A stretch of 64,000 bases of DNA from an uncultured Planctomycetota bacterium. GTDB taxonomy: Bacteria; Planctomycetota; Planctomycetia; Pirellulales; Lacipirellulaceae. Positions within the stretch are counted from its first letter, which is position 1, and each line of letters begins with the position of its first letter. Where the stretch lies: assembly GCA_963719315.1 (NCBI GenBank), contig CAVRBU010000004.1, forward strand, positions 160,001 to 224,000, given 5' to 3'. Below the pieces are notes generated by a model. It was not told the origin of the DNA. It worked only from the letters and a program-made list of their open reading frames with translations, and ran no database searches. Made by a program: the position numbers and the translations under genes. Below are positions 43,795-55,193 of this stretch, one piece after another.

Positions 43795-44178
43795 TGGCCG
43801 TCTCGGATTCCCTATTCGAGCCAACCGTAGGGGCAAGTTCGCCTGCACGGTACGAATTCATCCGACATGGCATGGGCTTTGGAAAGCCCTTTCGACGTTT
43901 AGCCGTTGCTACATTGTTGCAATAGGCACAAAGCTCGTCGAGCTAGCCACAATGTAACGAGTCCGCTGGCACAATTGGTTTTGCCCGACTTGACGTGGGC
44001 TTACATGGCAAATGTCGCGGCGGAAGAGCAGGAACGAGCCGAAAGAACATCGGATCGTGGACTTCGGTTAGGCGGAGAGAGCGTCGATGGCTGGAATAGG
44101 CAGGAGAGCCGGCTGTAGTGAAGGGCCTTCTGATTGCGTGACGCGGATAAGTTCGCGCAAACATCTATTCAGAATTGG

Positions 44179-44397
44179 TCAGCGGCAGCGGGCAAATAAA
44201 TCTTCTTGCCTGATGACGAAACGCTCGCCGCTTTCCACGTCCAAGAGGCCGCGAATGCGATTTGAAGGCTCGTCGGACCGCACGAGCTTCTTATAACTCA
44301 ATAGCAATTCGCAGAATTTTTCGCGATGGACAAATATTTGTTCCGGCCGGTTCCGCATCCGTTGCGGGTGCTTGTCAATAGTTCCGTTGAATGTCAT
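44179..44397 (-). CDS. Small hypothetical protein (72 aa)
   Basis: ATG-started ORF in an otherwise empty region with protein-like composition (FCELLLSYKKLVRSD...RGLLDVESGERFVI). Confidence 0.45.
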   Translation of the reverse strand: MTFNGTIDKHPQRMRNRPEQIFVHREKFCELLLSYKKLVRSDEPSNRIRGLLDVESGERFVIRQEDLFARCR

Positions 44398-44744
44398 TGA
44401 AGTGCCCCGTGGAGACAGCCAATCCGATCAATGGCGTCTCCGCCGTAATGACCCTCTTAAACCATGAGCCGCATCGTTCGGCTAGGACGCAGGCGTCTAG
44501 CGGCGAATCGGCCACCGTGACGTGCAGCGAGGTTTGATTTTACAGCACTATGCCGATCTGATCCTAGTGGCCCGATACAGGGCACTTCGACTTTGCATAA
44601 AAAACAGCACAAAAACAGCCCCCGGCCGGACATCAATCGATTGACTGCGTGGAAAACCTGTCGACTGGCGTGCGGTTTGGCTTGCTCTACGCGAAGATTT
44701 TGTGGGCTGCGTAGGCCGGAAGGACGCTGGTCAGTTTTTGCTTA

Positions 44745-45922
44745 TACCCTGCGTGGGGATAAATGATCTGTTCCCGAGTAGCTGATTTGTTGTACAAGGC
44801 CCTTATGTCGCCATCGAGGAGGATGGCGTGTTGCTGGCAAGGAGGGCTGTCATGGCTTGGTTTCGAGTCCGATTGACGGAAGAGGAACAGCGAATTGTCG
44901 CGGCCGAGCGGGAGTCTCATCCGGAGTCGCATGTCCGCCGCAAGATGCTGGTGTTGTGGTCGCTGCAGTGTGGTTTGAAGCGATCCCAGGCGGCGAAATT
45001 GGCGGGGGTCGGAGTGGCGACCGTCGGGCGGTACGTTGCGGCCTATCGTGATGGCGGGTTGGAGGGTCTGCGGCGGTGGAATGTGCAAGGGCCCGTGAGC
45101 GACTTGGCCGCCTATCGCGACGTGATCCGCGCGTCGTTCGAGAACCAGCCGGTCCGCACGACCGCGGAAGCCTGCGAACGCATTTACCAACTGACCGGCC
45201 TGCGGCGGGGACTGTCGCAAACTCGCAAGTTCCTGAAAGACATGGGACTCAAGTGGCAGCGGGTCCGGGCGCTCCCCGTGCCGCCCAAAAAAACTTGGCC
45301 CAGCATGTCGCCGCGCAGGCCCTGTTTCACGACGTCGAACTGAAGCCCCGCCTCGACGCCGCCGCCCGAGGGCGGGGACACGTCTTCTTCGTCGATGCGG
45401 CCCACTTTGTGTACGGGACGTTCCTGTGCTGCTTGTGGTCGTTCACGCGAATCTTCGTGCGGGCCGCCTCGGGCCGCCAGCGGTTCAATGTCCTGGGAGC
45501 CTGGAACGCCGTGACCCGCGAACTGGTAAGCGTGACCAACACCACGGTCGTCAACACGGAAACGATGTGCGAGCTGTTGCGGAAGATCGCTGCCCTCGGT
45601 CTGGCCGGACCGATCACGTTGGTGCTGGACAACGCTCGCTACCAACGTAACGCCGCGGTGCAAGCGTTGGCGACGCAACTGGAAATCACGCTGCTGTTCC
45701 TGCCCTCCTACTCGCCGAACCTGAACCTCATCGAACGGCTTTGGAAGTTCATCAAGCGGCGGGCCATCTATGGGCGTTACCATCCCGGATTTCAAGAGTT
45801 TCAAGCCGCCATCCAAGAAACAATCGCCGACCTCGCAACCCGCCACGCCGAACCCCTCAAATCCCTCATGACGCTCAACTTTCAGCGATTCGAAGATGTC
45901 TCATTGCTGGCCGCGTAGGGTA
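44745..45922 (+). mobile_element. IS630-family insertion sequence (~1178 bp)
   Basis: Imperfect IRs TACCCTGCGTGG / CCGCGTAGGGTA, each flanked by TA (44743-44744 and 45923-45924). Confidence 0.9.
44852..45918 (+). CDS. IS630 transposase, -1 frame change at A7 run (45287-45293)
   Basis: HTH N-terminus; FFVDAAHF, LVLDNARYQ, LPSYSPNLNLIERLWK; GGAGG RBS. Confidence 0.92.
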
Positions 45923-46042
45923 TAAGCCCTTGGGACTGGTAACAACTCCGCAACTTATCGCGGATTTCGTCATAGGAGAGGCGTCCCCGAACCTGCATCC
46001 AATCGATCCTTTGTCGCCATGCAGGGCGGAATGTAGCACGGC

Positions 46043-48581
46043 TTAACGCATGTCTCGTTTCAAGCCCGAACGCGTCGCGATGGTTGCCAGCGGATCATCC
46101 GGCCAAGCGTGTTTCGGATAACGTCTCCGAAGTTCCTTTTTGATCTCCGGATATCCGGTTTGCCAAAAACTGGCGAGGTCGGCCGTCACTTGCTGCGGCC
46201 GATAATTGGGGCCGAGCAAGTGCAACAGCACGGGCACTTGCCCGCCGGCGACGCGGGGCGTTTCCGGTACGCCAAACAATTCCTGGATCCGCACGGTAAG
46301 CACCGGCGGCTTTCCCACTTCATACGCGAGAATGTGGCGATTGCCGTTCGCTAGTGCGAGCACCGGCGGCGCGAGTCGCTCGATTTCGGCCAACCGCTCG
46401 TAACCGATCGCGCCGTGAAAATGCGACAGCCAGTCGGCAGTTTTCAATTCGTCGAGCGACCGCAACCCACGGCAAACTTCCGACAACATCTGCTGCAGAT
46501 ACGGTTCGTCGAAGGACGGCAGTTTCAGTTCGGGACGGGCGCCTGCGAGCCAGCGCACTCGGGCCAGGAAGTTTCCGGCGGCCGTGTCTGCGGCCGGCAA
46601 CCATCGATCAAGCTGTTGGCGTGCGGCTTGGGCCAAGAACTCCGCCGCCGCCGACCAGTCGCCGATCGAGACGGGCGTTTCTTCCAACAGCAAGTCGTCC
46701 CAATAGGTTCTCAGACGTGCTTCGACTTGTCCCTTAGTTGGATTGAAAAACAACTCTTCCTTCGTGTGAAGCGTTGCCGCGGGGAGCCAGGAGCGTTCGA
46801 CGGCCGACGCGATTCGGGTCCGCGCCTCTCCGCCGGCGTCGTTCAAGTCGATTGCCAGAAAGAGCGGTTCGCCTCGCACGCGCGAGCTGCTGTCGATTCG
46901 CGCGCCACGGCCGCCGACCATGAGTGCTCGATCTTGCGTGCCGGCGCAGTTTGGCGAGCCGGTCAGGAAAGGCGTCGAGCAGCGCTTGCATGAGGGCGAT
47001 GTTTGGGTGTTCGGCCCGCGCCGACCGTGCGAAGTCAGCCAGCGCGTATAACTGCTCGGCCGCACGAAGCACATTGCGCGCGCCGCCCGGATGTAGTTCC
47101 AACGCCTCGTCGGCGGCGGGTGCGCCAGCATGAAATGCTTGCAACGCGAGAACGCGGTCAACTACGTCTGACCTGCTGCGCACGGCTCCGTACTCTCGCG
47201 GTCCATGGCGCGCGTAGTCCGCCGATCGAAAGGGATCGCGCTCGGAAAGCAAAGCCGCCGCGACCGAAGTTTCGCGGAGCACGCCGCGCTCGGCGCCGGC
47301 GACAAGCAGCCTGCCAAGTCGTGGATGTGCTGGCAATCGCGCCAACTCTTGCCCCAATGGAGTGATCGCTTCGCCGTCATCGATAGCCCCAAGCAGCTTT
47401 AGCAATCGAAATGCATTCTCGCTCGCTTCTTGCGGAGGTGGGTCGAGCCAAGGAAAGTCTTCTCGCTCCCCAAGCGCGGTTAGCTGCAGCACTGCCGCCG
47501 CGAGATCACTTCTTAACACCTCGGGTGTCTCGGCAGCGGGCCGCGCTTTGTGCGACGACTCGTCCCACAATCGCCAACAAACGCCGGGCGTCGTTCGGCC
47601 GGCGCGACCGGCACGCTGTTCCGCGGATGCCTGGGAAATTGGCACTCGATCCAATCGTGGCAAGCCAGTTGAGGGATTCACCCGCAGTTGTCGCGCTTGC
47701 CCGGAGTCGATGACGGCCGTCACGCCGTCGATGGTGAGCGACGTTTCGGCCACGTTGGTAGCCAAGATGATTTTTCTACGGCCGATGTCTTGCAAGACGC
47801 GGTCTTGTTGTTCCGCAGGCAGATCGCCGAACAGCGGTAAGAGTGCGTGGCCGTTTCGATCCGCCAATGGCCCAAGCGCTTCCTGGCAGCGAATGATTTC
47901 TCCGACGCCCGGCAAGAACACGAGCACGTGTCCCGATGTCTCTCGCAACGCATCAGGTACGCGTGACGCGACCAGCTCCGGCAGGGGTCGCTTCTCTCCG
48001 CGTCGCTCGAAGCGAACCTGGACCGGAAACGGGCGGCCCTCCGCAGACACCACCGGACAATTGCCCAAAACCCGGGTAACTGGTTCCTCGGCCAGTGTCG
48101 CGCTCATCACAATCACTCGCAGGTCGGGCCGCACTGTTTGGCGCAGGCGAATGAGCATGCCCAGAACGAGGTCCATCTCGATCGTTCGCTCGTGAAACTC
48201 ATCGATCACGACGGCGCCAATGTCTTCCAACGCGACATCATCGACTAACCTGCGTAGCAAGATGCCTGTCGTGACCACTGCGAGTCTCGTATCGCGGCCG
48301 ATTCGTTTGTCGAACCGAACTTGATAACCCACTTCCGCGCCCACGTCGCACCCACGAATTTGCGCTATCCGCCGGGCAACTGCCCGAGTCGCCAGGCGGC
48401 GAGGCTGAATGAGCACGACTTTCAGCGACTTCGGCAAATCATCCAGGATCGCTGCCGGCACAAGCATCGTCTTGCCCGAACCAGGAGGCGCGGTGACGAC
48501 GACCGCTCCACCGCGCGAAGCAACGACTGCTTCTTGAAGCACACCAGCGACGGGCAAGTCTGCGGCCAATGAACCGGTCAT
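46043..48581 (-). CDS. hrpB: ATP-dependent helicase HrpB (frameshift near 46945)
   Basis: APPGSGKT, DEFHER, MSAT, TNVAETSLTI, QRAGRAGR, HPRLG; C-terminal QELFG...RRRYPKHAWPDDP. Confidence 0.92.
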
Positions 48582-48697
48582 CTCCGCGAGTATACCGGCA
48601 GTGGCTTACAGGGATAAAGCAGCTTATCAACGACGAGTCCTTGTTTCGCGCGACCATTCTTGGAGAGAGCATGATCCGCGGATACACTGATGGGGCC

Positions 48698-49615
48698 ATG
48701 GCACCGACACTTTTTCAATTCACCGGTGTGACGAAGACTTACGGAGAGGTGCGGGCGCTCGATAATCTTTCGCTGTCGGTGCCTGCGGGCGCTGTCGGCT
48801 TGCTGGGGCCGAACGGCTCGGGCAAAACGACAATGATTCGCACATTGCTGGGGCTGATTCCACTGGACCAGGGCGAGGGGGAAGTGCTGGGCCTCGACGT
48901 ACGCCGGCGGCAGCTCGATATCCGTCGACAGGTGGGGTTCGCTCCCGAAAACGAGTGCCTGTTCCCGCATGTGGAAGGCGTGGAATTCGTCGCCTATGCC
49001 GGCGAACTCGGCGAGATGTCTCCCAAAGATGCTCTGCAGCGTGCGCACGAAGTACTCGATTACGTCGGCCTCGGCGAGGCACGGTATCGCAAGGTGGAAT
49101 CGTATTCAACCGGCATGAAACAGCGGCTCAAGCTGGCGTCGGCGATCGTGCACGATCCGCAGCTCTTGATTCTGGACGAGCCGACCAACGGTATGGATCC
49201 GGCCGGCCGCAAGGAGGTGCTCGAGTTGGCGCACGATCTCGCTCACAACAAAGGCATGAACTTGCTGTTCTCCAGCCATATTCTGCCCGATGTGGAAGTT
49301 GTGTGCGACTACGTCGTCGTGCTCGGTGGCGGCAAGTTGCTGGCCGAGGGAGAAATCCAACAGCTCAAGCAAGTTCACAAGCAGACGTATGAGGTCCGCC
49401 TCAAGGCGGATGGAGCGGCCTTCGCCGAGCGGCTAGCGGCGCGCGGATGCGCCGCGGAGTGGCACGAAGAGATTCTGCGCGTGCGAATTCCAGTAGGCGC
49501 ATCGCCGCAACTTCTGTGGGAAGTCGCCGCCGAAGAGCACGCACAGATTCGTTATTTGCGGCCGCAACGAAGCACGCTGGAAGAAGTGTTCTTAACCGCA
49601 GTGGAACCGTCGTAA
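48698..49615 (+). CDS. ABC transporter ATP-binding protein
   Basis: GPNGSGKT, YSTGMKQR, LILDEP, SSH. Confidence 0.92.
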   Translation: MAPTLFQFTGVTKTYGEVRALDNLSLSVPAGAVGLLGPNGSGKTTMIRTLLGLIPLDQGEGEVLGLDVRRRQLDIRRQVGFAPENECLFPHVEGVEFVAYAGELGEMSPKDALQRAHEVLDYVGLGEARYRKVESYSTGMKQRLKLASAIVHDPQLLILDEPTNGMDPAGRKEVLELAHDLAHNKGMNLLFSSHILPDVEVVCDYVVVLGGGKLLAEGEIQQLKQVHKQTYEVRLKADGAAFAERLAARGCAAEWHEEILRVRIPVGASPQLLWEVAAEEHAQIRYLRPQRSTLEEVFLTAVEPS

Positions 49616-50679
49616 TGCCAATCATTGATCAAGGATATCAACATTGGTCGGGGGAACTGTCTGGCCACGCATGGCGTTGGCTCGCGATCACGCGCCGCGG
49701 CGTGAAGAGCGCACTTCAGGCACGTATGGTTCGCTTGGCATTGTTTTTCGCTTGGATGCCGGCGCTCGTGCTCGTATTCGTGCTCTGCATGTGGGGGTTA
49801 GTCGAGCGGCAGTCGGCGCTCGTGCAGTCGATTACGCCGCTGCTGACGTCGCTGCTCGGTCGACCGATTCTGGCTGGACCGCTCGATTACCGCGTCGAAA
49901 TCTGGACGATTTGTTTTCACGTTTTTCTGTGGTATGAGCTGTGGTTCGCGATGATTCTGGTGTTGCTCGTGGGGCCGAATCTCATTAGCCAGGACTTGCG
50001 CTACAACGCCTTACCTCTGTATTTGTCGCGGCCATTGCGACGCATTGATTATTTCGCGGGCAAGCTTGGAATCGTTGTGACAATCTTGGGAATGACGATT
50101 ATCGCTCCTTCGGTCCTGGCGTACGTGCTCGGCTTGCTCTTTAGTCTGGATATTTCCATCTTGCGCGATACGCTGGGCATTCTGGTCGCGAGCGTCGCGT
50201 ACGGCCTCGTGATTGCGGTGTCGGCGGGCTCGTTGATGCTCGCGCTCTCCTCGATCTCGCGCAACTCCCGCTATATCGCACTAATGTGGATCGGCATTTG
50301 GATCATCACGAGCATTGTTTCGATGGTTCTGATTACGGTCGAACAAGAACAGCGGTTGCACGAAGCTGGGTTGCGAATGCGAAATTGGAGGTCCGATGAG
50401 GCTCTCACGGCGGCCATCGAAGCGGGCAAGTCGGATTGGCGGCCTCTGATTTCATACACGGCGAACCTGCAGCGGATTGAAGAGCACCTGTTAGGGACAA
50501 ATGCGGCGTGGGAGCGGCTCAGTCAATTATCGCCGGTGGGAAGTCGGGCTCCATTCTTAGCCCGGATGCTCGGCACCCAATACCCGTGGTATTGGTCGGC
50601 CGCGGTTTTGACGATTCTGCTCCTATTCTCCGCTTTCATCCTTCATTTCTCGGTCAAGTCGTTGGATCAACTCAAGTGA
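49615..50679 (+). CDS. ABC-2 type permease
   Basis: Multiple TM segments, LYLSRPL...DYFAGK; TAATG coupling with the upstream gene. Confidence 0.85.
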   Translation: MPIIDQGYQHWSGELSGHAWRWLAITRRGVKSALQARMVRLALFFAWMPALVLVFVLCMWGLVERQSALVQSITPLLTSLLGRPILAGPLDYRVEIWTICFHVFLWYELWFAMILVLLVGPNLISQDLRYNALPLYLSRPLRRIDYFAGKLGIVVTILGMTIIAPSVLAYVLGLLFSLDISILRDTLGILVASVAYGLVIAVSAGSLMLALSSISRNSRYIALMWIGIWIITSIVSMVLITVEQEQRLHEAGLRMRNWRSDEALTAAIEAGKSDWRPLISYTANLQRIEEHLLGTNAAWERLSQLSPVGSRAPFLARMLGTQYPWYWSAAVLTILLLFSAFILHFSVKSLDQLK

Positions 50680-51600
50680 CGCCCATCGTTGGATTCAACG
50701 ACGTTTCGAAGTGGTACGGCAACGTCATCGGCATCAACAAGCTGAGCGTTGAAATCGGTCCCGGTGTGACCGGGCTGCTCGGACCCAACGGCGCCGGTAA
50801 ATCGACGCTGCTGCAATTGGCGACCGGCCAACTGCGACCCAGCCAGGGGACGGTCTGCGTACTCGGGCGCATCGCGTGGAACAACGCGGCGCTCAATCGC
50901 TCGATCGGCCTGTGCCCCGAGCAGGATGCGTTTTACGAGTGGATGACGGGCCGCGATTTCGTGCTCACTTGCGCGGCTTAGCGGTATGACGCGAGCTGCG
51001 GTCCGCACTGCCACCGAGCGGACGATCGAAGCCGTCGGCATGACGCGGCACCAAGGCCGAGCGATTCGCGGTTACTCGAAGGGCATGCGGCAGCGAATCA
51101 AATTGGCGCAGGCGCTGGTCCACGACCCGGAAGTGCTTTTTCTCGACGAGCCGCTCACCGGCACCGATCCGTTGGCCCGCCGGGAATTGATGGATATCAT
51201 CAAGTGCCTGGGGAACGAAGGCAAAAGCGTGCTCGTTTCGAGCCACGTGCTATACGAAGTGCAAGCACTAACGCCGAACATCGTGCTCCTCAATCGCGGC
51301 CGGCTTGTGGCCGATGGACACGTCCGCCAGATTCGCGATTTGATCGACAACCATCCACATCACATTCGGATCGAATGCGACGCGTATCGTCGGCTGGCAG
51401 CGCGAATGGTAACTTGGGACGACGTCGAGGGCGTTCGTATGTTGCCAGAGGAACGCGCGTTGATGATCGAAACGCGTTCGCCCGATGCATTCTATGGCCG
51501 TTTGCCTTCTCTCTCGCTCGAAGATGGTTTAGCAATCAAGAGCGTGTATTCCGATGACGACAACTTGGAAGCCGTGTTCAAGTACCTGGTGAACCCATGA
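50676..51600 (+). CDS. ABC transporter ATP-binding protein (frameshift near 50972)
   Basis: GPNGAGKST in the first frame; YSKGMRQR, LFLDEP, SSH in the second; GTGA overlap. Confidence 0.88.
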
Positions 51601-52514
51601 CGGAAGCCGCCGCATTCTCCGATGCTGCTTCGCCTCGCGTGGATGCGGTTGCGCCGAACGCCAACCGCCGCGGGTCTTGGATTGCATCGTGTACGACGCT
51701 CTACTGGTTGACACTGCGGCAACATCTTCACGGCAAACGGTGGTTGGCGCTGTTGCTCTTGTTTCTATTGCCCGCGGGCATGGCATCCGTCATTCGGAAC
51801 GCGCACTCGGAATTGCCCAGCGTGTTTCTGGAGTTTGTGCTGTCGTGGATCCTCATTCCGCAGGCGCTCTTGCCACTGATCGCACTACTATATGCGTCGG
51901 GTATCATTCAAGACGAACAGGAGGAGCAAACTATTACGTACTTGCTTACCCGTCCGATTCCAAAATGGGCGATTTACATTGTGAAAATGATCGCCACCTG
52001 GACAACAGCCGTGCTGCTGGTGATTGTCTTGACCGTGCTCACGTACCTGGCGATTTACGTTAATAGCGGTACCGTGCTAACGGATGTGTTGCACCGCTGT
52101 TGGCGGGCGTGTGAGATTCATTCGCTGGCGATTGTTGCGTATTGCAGCCTGTTTGGCTTGATGAGCTTGCTCACGAAGCGAACGCTTGTCGTCGGCGTGT
52201 TGTACACCGCGATTGTGGAGGGGGTATTGGCGAATCTCCCGCTCAGCCTGCGGATGGCGACCGTGATCTACTACACCCGATTGATTGCGTATCGCACACT
52301 TGATTTCGTCGTCACCTGGCCGCGCGGCAGGACGAACAACGTCGCGGCGACCGCCTGGTTTTTTGACACCAAGAGCGACCCGGGGCTTGCGCTACATCCG
52401 CAATTATCGACGTGTATCTCGGTGTTGCTGATTTCGAGCCTGGCGTTCACGATTCTCGCCGCGTGGCTTTGTTCGCAACGGGAATTTCACGTAAAGACGC
52501 CGGAAAAGGACTGA
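51597..52514 (+). CDS. ABC-2 type permease
   Basis: TM segments, EEQTITYLLTRP motif; ATGA overlap. Confidence 0.85.
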   Translation: MTEAAAFSDAASPRVDAVAPNANRRGSWIASCTTLYWLTLRQHLHGKRWLALLLLFLLPAGMASVIRNAHSELPSVFLEFVLSWILIPQALLPLIALLYASGIIQDEQEEQTITYLLTRPIPKWAIYIVKMIATWTTAVLLVIVLTVLTYLAIYVNSGTVLTDVLHRCWRACEIHSLAIVAYCSLFGLMSLLTKRTLVVGVLYTAIVEGVLANLPLSLRMATVIYYTRLIAYRTLDFVVTWPRGRTNNVAATAWFFDTKSDPGLALHPQLSTCISVLLISSLAFTILAAWLCSQREFHVKTPEKD

Positions 52515-52547
52515 TTGCGCCCGTTTCGCCTTCAGGCGTGATATGTG

Positions 52548-53731
52548 ATGTCAGCCGAAATTGAAAACGACGGCGATTGGAGCGAATGGCGCGATGCGTG
52601 GTCAATTCGATCCGACACAACGTATTTGAACCACGGGTCATTTGGCCCCACTCCGCGGACGGTGCGCGAATGTCAATGGGACTGGCAGCAACAGCTCGCC
52701 AGCCAGCCAATGGATTTCTTCGTCCGCAAGTTCGAGCCGGCATGGAATCACGCAAGGCAACGGCTGGCGGATTTCGTAGGCGCCGCTCCCGAAAATCTTG
52801 TCTTCGTTGAAAACTCAACGGCCGGAATGAATGTGGTCGCCAATTCGTTTCCACTCCAGCGGGGAGACGAAGTGTTGCTGACGGATCATGAGTACGGCGC
52901 CGTGCTTCGGATCTGGCAGAGGGCATGCCAAAGTGCTGAAGCCGCGGAACCTCGCATCGCCGCGCTTCCTGCAAAGTTCGAGACGGCCGCGCAAGTGGTG
53001 GACGCCATATTTCAAGGGGCAAACGGGCGCACTCGCTTGCTCGTCGTCAGCCACATCACATCGCCTACGGCTGTAATTCTGCCGGTGCGGCAAATCTGCA
53101 ACGAGGCGCACCGGCGCGGAATTTCAGTTTGCATCGACGGGCCTCACGCGCCGCGCAGGTCCCGTTGGCAATCGGCGAACTGGATTGCGACTTCTACACC
53201 GCGAGTTTGCACAAGTGGGTTTCGGCCCCGATCGGTTCTGGATTCCTATTCGTCGCGCCGCGCTGGCAGCATCAAATGGAAGCAACTCAGCTAAGTTGGG
53301 GACGGCTATTGCCCGCGAAGCCAACGCGTTGGTGGGAAGAATTCGTCTGGCCCGGCACGCGCGATCCGTCGGCATATCTAGCATCCGGCGCGGCCATCGA
53401 CTTGCTGTACGGAGTTGGGCTGCCGACGTTTCGCGCCCGCACACATTACCTGGCGCGATACGCACGCCACCGCCTTGTCGAACGAACAGGCCTGGAGCCG
53501 CCCACTCCGGATGACGAGAATTGGTACGGCAGCATGGCGAGCGTCCCCTTGCCGCCGGGCAATGCGGCGGATTTACAGCAGGAATTGTGGCGGAACTACC
53601 GAATCGAAGTTCCCGTGATCGAGCGCAACGGCCGCCGGTCGATTCGCGTGTCGTGTCATCTTTACACGTGCAAGTCAGAAATCGGCGCGCTCGTCGAGGC
53701 GGTTGATGAACTCTTGCGCAGAAAAGTTTAA
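52548..53731 (+). CDS. Class V PLP-dependent enzyme (isopenicillin-N epimerase / C-S lyase-like; frameshift near 53150)
   Basis: YLNHGSFG, DHEYGA, SHITSPT, IDGPHA, SLHKW, GTRD, RVSCHLY. Confidence 0.85.
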
Positions 53732-53840
53732 TCGAATTTGTGGCAGAATGGGGTTTGCGGCCCCTAGTTGGGGGTCAATACAATGCGACGGTTGCGATGG
53801 CGGCACCGATTCACTATTTGCTTGTCGAAGGGTGGGAACG

Positions 53841-54937
53841 ATGGGTATTCAATCGAACGGCAGTTTGTCGAAGGGTGTGATCTTGTTCGTCGCTATCGCG
53901 GCGATCGTTGCGGTCGCGGCGGCAGAGGAGCGGACTTGGACCGACGCCACCGGGAAATTCAAGCTGAGCGCCGAACTCGTTGAAGTGAAGGACGGCAAGG
54001 CCGTGTTGCTTCGGTCGGATGGGAAGACGGTTTCTGTACCGGTCACGCGGCTGAGCGACGTTGATCGGGCGTTCATCGAAGCGCATGACAAAGAGCAGGT
54101 GGCCGTTGACCCCGGTACAGGATCCGCCGGTTCGGTAATCACCGACATCGCTAGTCGCTTCTATGGCGACCTTCGCAGCACGGAGCGCGCGACTGCCAAG
54201 CAAATGCTGACCAAAGTGGCCGAGGCGCTTATGAGTTCCGGCAAATCGCCGCTGGCCGGACTGCCGCAGCCGGAGACCGGCGCGAAAGCAATCATGCCCG
54301 GCAGCGCCAAGGTCGAAGGCGACGTGGCGGAAATTCCCGTGATGGTCCGTGCCGGCGGCCACGTCCACAAAACCAAATTGCACCTCCGCAAAGAAGGTGA
54401 TGATTGGCGCGTGTTGCGCTTAGCGCGACCTATCCGGACGGCGAAAAGTCAATCAACTTCGAAGTCCCCAACGCGCCGCAAGGCGGCAACCCGCTGCAAG
54501 CCATGGTCGGTAAACCCTTCCAATTGGAAGGCTACACGCTCCAAGGCAAGCCAATTGAAATGTCGCAATACGAGGGAAAAGTCGTACTCATCGATTTCTG
54601 GGCAACCTGGTGCGGCCCCTGCCGCGAGGAAATCCCCAACATCAAAGCAAATTGGGATACGTACCACGACACTGGGTTTGACGTTGTTGCGGTCAGCGTC
54701 GACCGGGATTTGAAGGCGCTCGCCAGTTTTGTCGCCGAGGAAAAGCCGCCGTGGACGGTCGTTGCCGACAATCACCCCCGCAATAAAACTGCGATGGGCA
54801 ACAAATATGGGATTCGCGCGATTCCGGCGTTCATTCTGATCGGGAAAGATGGCAAAGAGGCGGCCGTGAATTGTCGCGGCCCGCTGCTTGGCCGGCAGTT
54901 GGCCAAGCTAACGGGCGGCTCGACGGCCAGGAAGTAA
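53841..54937 (+). CDS. Secreted SHD1-domain + TlpA-like thioredoxin protein (frameshift near 54412)
   Basis: RTWTDATGKF...LSDVDRAFI (SHD1); IDFWATWCGPC. Confidence 0.8.
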
Positions 54938-54997
54938 CCAACTGTAGTTCTCAGTTACTCCGGAGATTCTAGTGGTTTGTCACGAGTGAAATGTTGA

Positions 54998-55075
54998 GTG
55001 GCATGCCTTCGACGCCGCGGCTGAGCATATCTCGAGAGAAATCATGCCTACGCCACAGCGGCGAAGGCATGCCAC
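54998..55075. repeat. REP-like inverted repeat
   Basis: GTGGCATGCCTTCG ... CGAAGGCATGCCAC, 14-bp perfect arms, intergenic. Confidence 0.7.
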
Positions 55076-55193
55076 CCATCTATTCAGCATGATCCGAGCG
55101 CTAGCCCACCGCCGACTCATGCGTCATTTTCATTGTGACCGCCGATTTGTTATGATCGAGGAATTGAATGGTTGGCCCTACAGGATGGTTCCT

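Noticed and set aside
43800..44150. Riboswitch here, or a cobalamin riboswitch upstream of the MFS-eutBC unit
   Set aside because: No conserved riboswitch core could be recognised by eye; an Rfam scan would settle it
45925..46040. Possible C-terminal remnant of a flavin oxidoreductase after IS630 (QLIADFVIGEASP...LSP.R)
   Set aside because: The resemblance is weak and there is no matching frame left of the IS
52548..53731. Beta-lactam (cefD) or ergothioneine biosynthesis cluster
   Set aside because: Lone class V PLP enzyme with no companion pathway genes in the window
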